Shown here one piece after another: positions 1-11,706 of a DNA stretch of 64,000 nucleotides. A program made the translations under genes and the position numbers. Under the pieces are notes generated by a model. That model searched no databases and had not been told where the DNA came from. It was given only the letters and a program-made list of their open reading frames with translations. The stretch lies in assembly GCA_965113315.1 (NCBI GenBank), contig OZ220366.1; one strand, written 5' to 3'. Every line of letters starts with the position of its first letter. Position 1 is the first letter of the stretch. This DNA comes from Podarcis vaucheri (lineage: Eukaryota).

Positions 1-1075
1 CTGGGTAGAGAGAGTTAGGATTGTGCTAAGTTTCTTGATGTCTGACATGTGTGGATGTGTTCGTGTGTTCCTTTTTACTAGAGTAGACAGTAAAAAAATA
101 AATAAAACAGAAATATAGAATTGAATAAAACAGATATCTTAAAATAGAAATCTAAGAACATTTCAATGAATTAAATATTCAAAATTTATTAGAATTATCA
201 TCTTTTTTCCTACTGTAGGCTACCTCAGTAGGATACGCAGTTCTTGCAACTCCAAATTTCAGAAAAAGTAATTACATTTACATTTAATTAATGAAAGGAT
301 CCACAAAAGAAAAAAGTAAGTTGAGTTGAAAACAGACAACTGGTTCAAAGTATGGTGAAAATGGTTTGAACAACTACACATGTGATATCTTTTTCTAGTC
401 TTTGCTTTTGTAGATAAAAAAGTAATATTGGTGTCCCTTCCAACTCTATGATTCTAAATTGCTGGTAAAGCTAAACCTTTTCCGAAGAAGGGAGGAGTGA
501 ATCTTGGTTCCATCTTCATCTTTATAGACGATCCTCCCTGCCTCTGTGTTGAGAGAAAACCCTGGGCCACTCATATCTAATCCCAGCCATTTCCAAGGAA
601 AATATTGCAAAAGGGGCAGCTCATTCCCAAACTGCCAGAGCCCTGGGCTACTGAAGTCAAGAAAAGTAGAGATGATTCCCAAATCAAGTGCAAATCTCTA
701 CAGTTCTATGAGGCTCCAGCAAAGGGACATGATTAATTTCCCTTTGCCGGCACAGAAAATGAAATCCAATAGAAGCAACATCAGATCTAATAGTCTTCAA
801 CTGTAAAGTAGAAGTCCTAAACTTCCCAAAGTAGTAAACATCAACAACCACTAATGCCCACTTTGGCCTCTGTTCCATTTGAGTTGAGACCATCAGGCAT
901 AGGCAGCTTACTATAGCCAAAGATAATTCATGTTAACATGATACAGAGCTATCGCCATTAATGATGATCTAGAAGCAAAGGACGCCTCCACTCTGTCAGT
1001 GTTTTGTGGCAGGAATTCAAGGGCACACTGGGAAATTTAGGTTTGCACAATTGAAGTGGATTAAAGTGCTCTGTC

Positions 1076-1752
1076 TCCTTCATGGATCACTGCCTTGCCA
1101 TGGCGAAGGGGCTTGAATAACTCAGAGAAACTATGAGCTATGCCATGCAGGGCCACCCAAGATGGACAGGTCATAGTGGAGAGTTTTGACCAGATGTGAT
1201 CCCCCTGGAGTAGGAACCAGCAAGCCACTCCAGTATCCCTGCCAAGAAAACTCCATGGACAAAGACAACAGGCATATAAAAGTTATGACACTGGAAGATG
1301 ACCCCCTCAGGTCGGAAGGCATCCAACATGCTACTGAGGAAGAGCGGAGGACAAGGACAAGTAGATTCAGACCTGATGAAGCGGTTGGGCAATTATGGTG
1401 CTGGAGGGGACTCTTGAGAGTCCCATGGATTGCAAGAAGATCAAACGTATCCATTCTTCAGGAAATCAGCCCTGAGTGCTCACTGGAAGGACAAATCGTG
1501 AAGCTGAGGCTCCAATACTTTAGCCACCTCATGAGAAGAGAAGACTCCCTGGAAAAGACCTTGATGTTGGGAAAGATTGAGGGCACAAGGAGAAGGGGAC
1601 AACAGAGGACGAGATGGTTGGTCAGTGTTCTCAAAGCTACCAACATGAGTTTGACCAAACTGTGGGAGGCAGTGGAAGACAGGAGTGCCTGGCATGCTCT
1701 GGTCCATGGGGTCACAAAGAGTCGGACACAACTAAACGACTAAACAACAACA
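1076..1752 (+). mobile_element. BovB (RTE-clade LINE), internally deleted copy retaining both 5' and 3' ends
   Basis: BovB-like 5' region (catggatcactgccttgccatggcgaagggg...) joined at 1390/1391 to the RT C-terminus (LWCWRGLLRVPW...DSLEKTLMLGKIEG). Ends in a (CAA)n tail. 13-bp TSD aaagtgctctgtc at 1063-1075 and 1753-1765. Confidence 0.93.
1285..1743 (+). pseudogene. Chimeric BovB ORF: N-terminal peptide fused in frame to the C-terminal post-RT region
   Basis: Lies within ORF 1186..1743. MTLEDDPLRSEGIQHATEEERR resembles the BovB ORF start and runs without a stop into LWCWRGLLRVPW...HGVTKSRTQLND*. The endonuclease and RT core are absent. Confidence 0.75.
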
Positions 1753-2176
1753 AAAGTGCTCTGTCACCCTAGGACAACAAATAAACTGTAGAACAAAAAG
1801 GATCTGATTTTTTTGTGCTTAGGAAAGTGGTGGGGGAGCTGCTGATTGAACCATTAATCAATGGGAAAGCATAGTAACAGTCTGCAAGACAAATGCTCTT
1901 CATCATTATAACTACCCTGCAAGCAAATCAGAGCAAACGCTCAATAAAGACCGGATATAATCTAACCTCCACAAAGCCTTTGTGCCAGCAAGCCCAGTTG
2001 TGGGCTCAATTAATAGGTTGTCTGGAGGAGCCCCCAGACTGTTGTTTATGTCTAGCCAAAGTTAAAAAGAGTCTGAGGCACAGATTTGTGTCACAAATTA
2101 GAAACTACAAACTTTGATTAAAAATTAAGAGACAAAGGTAAAAACAAATAAACATGTGAATAGTTTTATAATACAA

Positions 2177-2194
2177 GGTTGCCACCTGGTGGTT
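2177..2194 (-). promoter_or_regulatory. Candidate CTCF motif
   Basis: Minus strand reads aaccaccaggtggcaacc, matching the CCASYAGRKGGC core. Motif match only. Confidence 0.35.
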
Positions 2195-5100
2195 AAAATA
2201 AATTCACTTCCATTCCTGCCATCTCTTTCAAAGCCAGAAAGGAAATAAATTAAAGCAAGACATGGTCATTTACTGGAATAATTCTTATTAATCTGTGCCA
2301 GTAATATGTGTTTTGGAGTTCTAGAATACATCTGCTAGCCATGAACTGAAATACACACAAACTGCAAATGTTCTAAGTATTATGAAAAATTATTTCTCAA
2401 ATAAATGGTTGTTACTTATAAACTAGCTAGTGTGACGTAGAACAAAACCCTTCTTAGGTGAGTTAAATTATCAATTTATCAATATAAAAGTTTCAGAAAT
2501 ATTGAATACACAAAATATTAGCGACAGGAGTGGGCTATTGGCTGTTTATCATTGTTAATTGGCATATGCATGCAAGAATACATAAAAGGCATATGTATAA
2601 GTGCTTACATAAACAATGGAGAAATTTAGCCTTACTATATATACCAGTATTAGCAGTCATCGAGCATTGTCCTGCAGCTTGTTGAAGTACTGGGGAAAGT
2701 CAGTAAAATAAATTATAGCTGTGCAAAGGAAATATATCCATAAGATGTAGACACATATTTAGTTTTCAAAACTTTTTAATATTCTCCAGGGAAAAGACAG
2801 GATTGGAAGCTGCATAATGGAATGAGGTAGGTGTTTTTAATAGTTCTCCCCTCCTAATTTCTCCAGAAATGACAATGTCTAGAGAAAGGATGGGGAAGCT
2901 GAGATTTTCCAGATGTTGTTGGCTGAAGCTGATCCCTAACTTGCAGTACTAGTAGTGATGTGGTAAAGGTCAGGAGGTATATAGTTTCTCCTTGATCTGA
3001 TTGTGTGGCCAAACTAGAAGAAACAGGACTTATGTGCCATGGAGTCTACTTTTCTCATTTCAGTAAAGGTACTAGCTTCATGCTACTATACTAAATTGCC
3101 CTTGCTCCCCACTGGTTGGATATTCTAAAATGTTAACAGGACAATACTTTTAAAGTTGTGCAGAGTACCACAGGGATTTGGTTATCTGTTCTATTTTCCT
3201 GACGTTAATCAGTGGTCTCAGATAGCAAAGTTCTTGGGTGATCTGAAATTTGCAAGCTTCTGTTGTTCATTTCTGACTGAATCATCTGCTTTCGCCTAGG
3301 CCCCAGATGTCAAACAGACCCTCTCACTGGAGGTTATAATGTGGCCATAACCATAACACCCAGCCACTCTCACATGTACTTGGAACAAATTGATATCAGA
3401 AGACTGAATACGATTATGAGAAGGGATTTGAAGTGAAAATATTTGCATGCTTCAAGAATGAAAGTACAGCAGAAATATGGACTGCTCCATATTGGTAGTA
3501 TTGAAGAAAAACTCAAAAACACTGTCTTGTTGTTAGGGATGGCCTAACACCTCCCTCACCACACAAGCCTATTGTAAGCATGTCCCTTTGGGCATGCTCA
3601 GTAGGCATGCTCAAAACTCCCTGGTGGATTTGTGAACCCTCACTTCCCCTGCACGCATTCAAATGGGGATGACTGGCATAGGGAGGGAATACAACCCAAT
3701 TCCCTGCTACTCCCTTCTCCAAAGGATGTTATAAATTACTCACTCTGGTGTGGGGGAAAGGATTTTGCTCTAACTCACAGCTCAAGGAGGCTCAGGTGTT
3801 TCTCTCTATACATGCTCCAGGGTGAGGGAGAAATTGGAGACTGGCAGGGAGTGAGCTGAGTGTCCAAGGCAATGGGTGAGCAAGTGGGCTTGTGCCAGTG
3901 GACAGGCTGAGAGAGGGGGGAGAAATGGTGGGAGTGAAGCAGGCAAGTAAGCTGGGCATGTGGTGGCAGGCCAGGTTGAATGAGAGGGGCACCGTGACAG
4001 CATGGATGGGTTGTAGAGGTTTATGAAAAAGAGGAGAGGAGATGGAGGACTTGAGCAAGGAGAAAGAAGTTAGAGGAAGGAGTTTCAGGGGAAGGAGGTT
4101 GGTGAATAACGCAACACCAAGCAGTATGTCTAAACAGAGCCATTGTGTTGCTTTTTTTTTAAAAAAAAAAAGAAATGTCAGTAACAGACCAGTAACAGAT
4201 TCTTTTCGATAAACAGAAGGCAATGGTGTTGGGATTGTGATATGTAATAACAATCTGTAGATGTGCATCACAGTCACGTAATGAATTTCCTGTATTGTAT
4301 GTATATTGGTTTAGTTACTAGGGACTCAGCTATACAGCTGCAAATAAAACGTTTTAACTGTGTTTTAAGTGAACTATACAAAGTGACACTAGATAGTGAA
4401 GGTGAGCCTTATGGAAAATTCAAGTATTTTTTAAAAAACCACTTTTTTAAAAAAGCATTTTCAGAACGTTTTTTATGTTTGTGTAGATTCCACCTAGGTG
4501 GTCCTGGAGTTAATTGTATCTGGGTGGAGTCACGAACTTCTTGCTGCTGTTCTGTTCTTGTTTAAGAGAGCCTATAAAGTTCTTATCCAGATTTCTAGCT
4601 GGTGTATCTATAATGCCTTCCATGACACTTGTCACATTTGTGTAGGAAACAGTTTATGGTGTGACTATATCTACTATCACATTTGTCACCCCCATGCTTA
4701 TTTTGTTGCATGTACATGCTGCAGGATATGTGTATTTGTTATATAAGAGGATATCTACATGCCACAACCCAGAGGTGAAATCAGTAAAGGAAATATGTCA
4801 GCCATGTGTTGTAACAGTGCATATTGTTTATTTGCTTTATATGAGATGAGCAAGTGAGGTACATTGGCTAAAGAGCTGTCCTGTGCACCAGAAATTACTT
4901 TCTTGACCTCTGCCCTAAAGTTACTATGCATTGTAAGCTCCAGAAAGCTACAAGGTCTCTTAGTCTCAGTTCCAGTCTTCAATAAAGAGAGAATACTATA
5001 TTACAGGTTTGTTGAAATTGTTATTGAGAGAACATATGCTCTGTATTTTGACAAAATAGTGTTTCTGTGTGTGCTAGTCTTAGAGGGAGAAAAGGACAAG

Positions 5101-6759
5101 AATAGGAATACCCTGGGATTTTCAATTTCCTTCAATATACTTTGAATGGAACATTCAGAATAAACTGCCTGTTTGGGTTTGGTAGAACAGGCATAACATT
5201 TTCCCCACCCATTTCTAAAAGGAGAACTTCAGAACTTTCCAGAGTGCACAGAAATGCAGCCATTTCTTGCATCTTTGGGGTCACGCAAGTGGAGTGGAAA
5301 TCAGGCTTTTCATAGTACACAATTCCTTTTGTATTATCTGTATAACTGTGGAACTCCATACATTAAATACACCAGTTATGATTGGCAATGAATGTAGCAT
5401 TTGGAAAAGCTAAACAGAAATGCAGCTGAGAGGCCACTGACACAAGTGAAGCCTGTAGTTTGAATGTTTTCTTGTCACAGTGTCTGTTGCCAGTCTTATG
5501 CACAGTACTGTTTTTGTTTTCACCCTTGGAGTTCTTCAGTAGCTCTCAGGAGTCAGCTCCCAGGTTGATTCACCAGGGGTTTTGTACTTGGCAGTTGCAT
5601 TACCCAGATGCCAACTTTAAACATGCTTTATAGAAAACCAATAGCACTTTATCCAAGGTCTATTTCCCCACTCGAGCATCCCTTTTTCAGGATTAAGTAG
5701 CTACCTGAACAGAATTAAATCATGGCCATGCCCAAATCCAGTACTATACTCATCTAGCTTCCTGACTGCTGTATCCTCTGAGTCTGAGCCTTCCATGATA
5801 GTGTAAGAAACATGGAATACCGAACAGAAGCAACTTGAGGAAAACAACATTTTAAAGTTTCATTGGTGGTAGTCTAAAGGGCTGGTGATGGCATTCTACA
5901 ATATATGGTTGGAGTTGCAAATACAAGTCCTTGATATACAGACATGGATTAAGGGCCTCCATAAAAAGGTATTCATCATGTTTTTCTAGGCAAAACCTGG
6001 CAGTTCTAGTATTGTTATTTTTCATAGTCTGGAGCCTTTTTGTCAGAGTAGCATGTTTTATGAGATCTCAGGTTTCTAATTTCAAATTTGTAGGCTATAT
6101 TTTTAAAGGGGTTTCCCCCTCTTTAGACTGTAAATGGATATGCAGGCAGCAAGGGATATCTTATTTTCTTTTTATGATGGAGAAGGAGTATTTTCCATCA
6201 ATAGTTTCCTATCGTAATTTAGGTGGTGGGAAAACATTGGCTAGATGGCCAAGACCACATATAGAGATTGTATTGTAGTCTCTGTGGCCATATGACAGCA
6301 GAAACCTATAATAACTGATATGGGTTTGTGGAATATGCTAAACCAAGCCTTTCCAAGTCTAAACAGTTGGTACACAAACTTCATAAAGAACCAACTCTAC
6401 ATTGCATGCGAACACATGTAGCTATAGCCCAACAGCATATTAGGATTTAGGGGGATACAGCTGGTAGTGGAAAGCCAGTGGAGAGAAAAGGACTCAGCCT
6501 GCCTCCATTGCTCTCCAAATGACACATCCCTCAAGCAGCAATAGGCTCAAGGGATGAATGAATCAGTCTAGTTCTTATCTGCGTTAGCCCAGAAATGTAT
6601 TCATTCATAAGTCTCATCCATCCTGTTTCTCCATTAATGTGCTATGGAGTGTGTGTGTGTACAAAATCAGTATGATTTTTTTTTAAAAAAAGTTTGTTTC
6701 TCAAGATATATTTTATCCTAAAAGACACCTTTTTAACCTATGTATACTATTTTAACCTC

Positions 6760-6874
6760 CTCCCTTGGAGGTTTTTTCAGCAGAGCTCGAGTGGCCATTT
6801 GTCATGGATGCTTTAGTTGAGATTCCTGTATTAGAAGACCCTCAGGGTTCCTTCCAACTCTACAATTCTACGAT
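6760..6874 (+). mobile_element. CR1 LINE 3' end fragment
   Basis: ccttggaggtttt...gggttccttccaactctacaattctacgat is a typical CR1 3' UTR and tail. Confidence 0.7.
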
Positions 6875-6990
6875 CCATTTCACCACAATGCTTCTAGGGC
6901 CAAATGGAGGGTCATTGAGTGATGTTACATGGGGGGAGGGAGCTTTGGGATGAAAGAAGATGGCTGATGCTGCAGTTGTCCAACCAAATA

Positions 6991-7231
6991 CAGTGGTACC
7001 TCGGGTTACATACGCTTCAGGTTACATACGCTTCAGGTTACAGACTCCGCTAACCCAGAAATAGTACCTTGGGTTAAGAACTTTGCTTCAGGATAAAAAC
7101 AGAAATTGTGCTCTGGCAGCACGGTGGCAGCAGGAGGCCCCATTAGCTAAAGTGGTCTTCAGGTTAAGAACAGTTTCAGGTTAAGAACAGACCTCCAGAA
7201 CGAATTAAGTACTTAACCCAAGGTACCACTG
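6991..7231 (+). mobile_element. Tigger/pogo-type MITE (family A, copy 1)
   Basis: TIR cagtggtacctcgggtta...ttaacccaaggtaccactg, TA on the left, internal 16-bp repeats ggttacatacgcttca. Near-identical to copies at 22992, 61533 and 61924. Confidence 0.92.
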
Positions 7232-8296
7232 TCCTTTTCCTCTCAATGCCAGGCCCTTAATTTTTAAAGTTGTACCAGTGTGCCTTCCACTACAATGACT
7301 TTTCTATAGCCTTGCCTAATGATGCTATTGGGCCTGCACATCACCGGATTCTTTTGGCCACAAAGCAAGAGAAATGTGGGCTTGGAATTTTATAGGATCA
7401 TAGAATGTTGCCTCATACCAAGTCAGGCCATTGATCCATTTTGCTCAGTATTGTCTACACTGACTAACAGCAGCACTCTAGGATTTCAGACAGGAAGTGT
7501 TTTGCAGTCTTCTAATGTATATTTCTGAACCCACATGCACGTCCAACACTCACATGTATTCATACACATACTATGAAGAGGTTGAGGGACTTTTGCTAGA
7601 GTTATGGTGTGCGTTTGTTATGAATATGTGTTTACTCTTAACCTTATGCCCACAAGAACTTCTCACACAAAAGAAATACAGAAAGATTGGTTTATTACAT
7701 GAAATGAAAGTGATAGAATATATAAACACTGCTTCAGATAGCAAAATTACAATTTATGCAGGCAGCAAATTCTACAGTACATACACACCTTGATCTAAAG
7801 AGTGAAAGACCACCGAGTATAGGGCAGTATATAAATTCAATAAAAAATAATAACTACTCTCAAAAGCCTGCAGGAAGTGTGACAATTTTTCCACAGAACC
7901 CACACTAATAGCAAGGAATGGAGAGGGAAAAGAGCAATGTGTAAGTTTCTTGCTGGAACTTGGAGAGCTAATCAACCATTGAAAATCTAGGCGTCTTGTA
8001 CTAATTTTAGCCAATGCATTCTAATGGAGAAGGGAGCAGAAATGAGCAACTCCTAGAATACCAATATTTTTATTGTCTCTTCCTAGAGTTTCCTGCCTAT
8101 TTTGCTGGCTTTGCTTAATTAAAAGTTGAACATATTCCTAGCAAGCAATGCCTAAACTGTCCATCCTTGTTTGTTTCCTGCCTTGAAGTTATCTTATTAT
8201 TTGTGTGTGTGGCAACCATTCTGTAACAGGAAGTGTTTAGATTTTACTGGCAACTAGATTACATGAACTGATTATGCACAACATATGAGGAGTTTA

Positions 8297-8652
8297 GGGA
8301 TGAGGGTGGCGCTGTGGGTTAAACCACAGAGCCTAGGACTTGCCGATCAGAAGGTTGGTGGTTTGAATCCCTGTGACGGGGTGAGCTCCCGTTGTTGGGT
8401 CCCAGCTCCTGCCAACCTAGCAGTTCAAAAGCACAAAGTGCAGGTAGATAAATAGGTACCACTCCAGCGGGAAGGTAAACGGCGTTTCCGTGTGCTGCTC
8501 TGGTTCGCCAGAAGCAGCTTGGTCATGCTGGCCACATGACCCGGAAGCTGTCTGCGGACAAACGCCGGCTCCCTCGGCCAATAAAGCGAGATGAGCGCCA
8601 CAACCCCAGAGTTGGTCACAACTGGACCTAATGGTTGGGGGTCCCTTTACCT
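8297..8652 (+). mobile_element. Sauria SINE, full length
   Basis: Head gggatgagggtggcgctgtgggttaaaccacagagcctagg, body and (ACCTTT)-type tail. TSD tatgaggagttta at 8284-8296 and 8653-8665. Confidence 0.93.
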
Positions 8653-8931
8653 TATGAGGAGTTTAGGATGTCTCCTTGATGCCTTGAAGGACACATTGGC
8701 AATAAGACTGGTACCAGGGGAACAAAACCTCATAGTGGGAAATCTCCTTTCATATTAAGTCATGTGAAACTTTACTCATGTCATGATCTACAGTAATAAA
8801 CCATGAAAAATGCTCAGATTGACACACAACCAAGCCAAGCCAAATGATTATATGCTCCCTAATTTATTCTTTGCCATGCCCCCATCCCCAGCAGCCATGT
8901 TATGTTACATCATGCCCCCAGAGAATGTAAC

Positions 8932-8983
<52 letters not shown>
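8932..8983. repeat. (AAAG)n microsatellite
   Basis: About 13 perfect units. Confidence 0.97.
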
Positions 8984-10383
8984 CACCGAAGGAGAGACAG
9001 AAAAAAACCCGAGTATCTAGAATATTAACTCACAATTGAGCAGAACATACTTGGAATATGAAAATTTTGATTTAAAATAGCTAAAGTACTTCATTGTAAA
9101 CAAAATATTGATTTTTTAAAAAATAAATATCAGTAAGTGCTACAAACCTTACATTTGGAAATTAAGCAATCATTTTATGTGTATGCCACCTTTCCAAAGT
9201 CAAAACCATGCTCAAGGTCTGTAATTCAGGGATTATTTGTTCTGTGTTTTTAGTGGCCAGGGTTAAGCAACAGGGTTGATTCCCCCCCCTCTCTCTCTCT
9301 TTTTTTTTTTTTTTGTAAATTGTATGTTGATTTTATTAAGGTCCAGCTTTAAAGATACTGGATTAGATGTTTTTGGTGCTTTGCTTTGAGTTATTATTTT
9401 AAAAGATGGTACAAAAGCCCAATTAATTAATTGAATTAATCAAGTTTAGTACTGTACTCTTAAAGTGCACATGCACACGCACACACGAATGCATGCAAAG
9501 AGCCAGCATTTTTAAAATACTGGATTTGTAAGTTCTTGTGTTCATTTATCATGCTCTCTGAAATCATTTGAAGCTTCTCTGAAATTCTCTGCCAAAGTAA
9601 ATATCTGACTCAAGCATTTGATGGCTTTATTGCCTGAAGATCATACACAGGTCAGAGCATGATGCAAGTGTCTTGAGTTGTACAGAGTGTGACATTTAAC
9701 ATGAACATTTGTTCAATTGCCTTTGGTAAACTACATGCTTCTTTGGTTTTTTAAGCGCCCAACTCCATGCTTTGGAAAGCATAAGACTGGAAGGAAGGAA
9801 CTATTTTAAAAACTAACCATAAATACAAACACACATATATTGTATTCCCGTCTCCAAACTCTTCAGTTGAATTTCATGAAAATGTACATTTGCTCAATTC
9901 CGTTTCTAGCATGAGAAAGGGAATCAAAGTAACATTTCTTAAGATAGCCTCAAAATAAATGGATAATCATCAAGAGGAAGAGCTCTCTGTCCGTACTTCT
10001 ACTAAACATCTTCAGCCTGCCGCTGTACACATAGACATTTACACCAAAGATAAGAGCTCACCCAGGATTCAAATGTCCTTTGGAGCCACACTTACATTTA
10101 ATGGGCAGGTGGTTAGTGGAAAGTCAGTTCAGTCACTTGTCAAGTATCAAATTGTGGAGTGGGGATGCACCTCTTTATCCCACTACACACTTAAATTAAT
10201 ATGTGATGCAGACCCTCTATACAGAGCCAGGCTGGCAGAGTGAGGTGGTGCCCTTAGTTGGCCGTTGCTGACAGAGGAGGCAGTGATAGTAGAGCACTAT
10301 GCTTTTCCCCTGAACCCCTTGTGTGATCCTGCCCTAAGCTAGCCTTCTGCCCTCTTATGTGGTAGATGACACCATCCTTTAAC

Positions 10384-10615
10384 CCAGGGGTTAACAATGT
10401 TTTTTGAGGCCGGTCCGGTCCACTCCCTGGCAGACCTCTCGGTGGGCCAGAGCGGGCATGCCTGTGCACACCAGCGCATGTGCTCAAGCTATTTCCAGTG
10501 CACTTCCAGGATGGAGGGGTCCCATGCGCATGCGCACATGCTATTTCCGGTGCTCTTTCAACCCAGGAGTCGGTCCCCGCAAGAAAACAAATGGCACCGC
10601 AGGGGGGGGGAGCAC
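10384..10615 (+). mobile_element. GC-rich hAT-like DNA transposon end fragment
   Basis: Starts caggggtt..., CpG-rich subterminal sequence with repeated gcgcatg and ctatttcc motifs. No second TIR seen. Confidence 0.5.
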
Positions 10616-11308
10616 GGAATCCCAGCTAAGAAGGGCTAGGATTGCAGCCTTAATTTTTTCTGATTGTGAATAATAAATATGTAAGAGTTGCCATACACTG
10701 AAATGTGGGAAATACGCTTCTGACAAGTACTACGTGAGAATCAACAACATAAGATGAACCCCTGTGCATATTTTGAATATTTTCTATTGATAAAAGCTCT
10801 GTGAGGGTTAGAGTGGCTTTTCCAAAGAGGAGTGGAGGAGACTACATTTCAAAGATGTATCCATTTATCTCATTTATACTCTGCTATTTTTTCTCATTAA
10901 TATTATGGAAGACAGTTCAGATACCCATTCAGGAAAGGTGGGAGCTGCATTTTAATTTCCAAAGTCTTAAAATAACTTTCTTGTCCATGGAAACAAATGC
11001 ACTTCCAGAGGGAGGGTAGCTAGCCTATAACAATGGGAAAAGGGCTTTCATGCTGCTTTGAGCTGCCTGGAAATGGAATGTACAAGAAAGAAGAAAACCA
11101 TCAGCTAAGTAAAAAGGGGCAGAGTGCATATTTGGGAGTACATGGAAATCATTAGATAATTTTTTATGTACTTAAAAAAACAGTCACCTTGGATATGTTA
11201 TTGGAAGGGAGGATACAAATATTGAGAATAAATACTTAAACCATAGCTACACCTTTCTTTTTCCTTTGGAAGGATGAAGGCAGGATAGAGATGTAGATTT
11301 GCTTAAGC

Positions 11309-11706
11309 TAGGGATGGATGAATCAACCAGTTTCTGTTTCACTCAGTTTCTCCATTTTCCATTCTTAAGTTCACTTCTCCACATTTCCATATCTGATTGC
11401 AGACTTTGTTTTAGAAAACAAGTCCTCGTGAAATTTCAGCAGCATTTTAATGTAAATTTATCCTAACATACACATCTACATATAGAATTCTGCCTGATAT
11501 ACACATTTTTGCAAAGCAGATTTCCATTATGTAATGTCTTTTTGTATGCTATTTTTATGAGCATATGCCTTTTTATCTCTGCTTTATCTTAGTATATGCA
11601 TTTTTATACACATTACTTGGTTGGAGAACTGCATTACAAAATTCAGAGAAGTGCGAATTTTGAGGGATGATTGTGTTTCAGGTCACTTATTGTTTTAGAA
11701 AGTGCA
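11309..11706 (+). mobile_element. Old non-autonomous DNA transposon (TAGGG-terminus, hAT-like)
   Basis: Starts tagggatgg. AT-rich body (atatgcattttt, ggagaactgcattacaaaattcag) is similar to 48082-48400. Confidence 0.55.

Noticed and set aside
3727-4390. Possible solo LTR (TGTTA start, purine-rich body, AATAAA)
   Set aside because: No matching TSD or convincing terminus was found.
7003-7050. Short direct repeats as a CRISPR-like array
   Set aside because: The repeats have no spacers, lie inside a MITE, and the context is vertebrate.
11074-11095. miR-1/206-like seed tggaatgt (and let-7-like tgaggtag at 2823)
   Set aside because: Only the seed matches. The rest differs from the mature sequences and I saw no hairpin.
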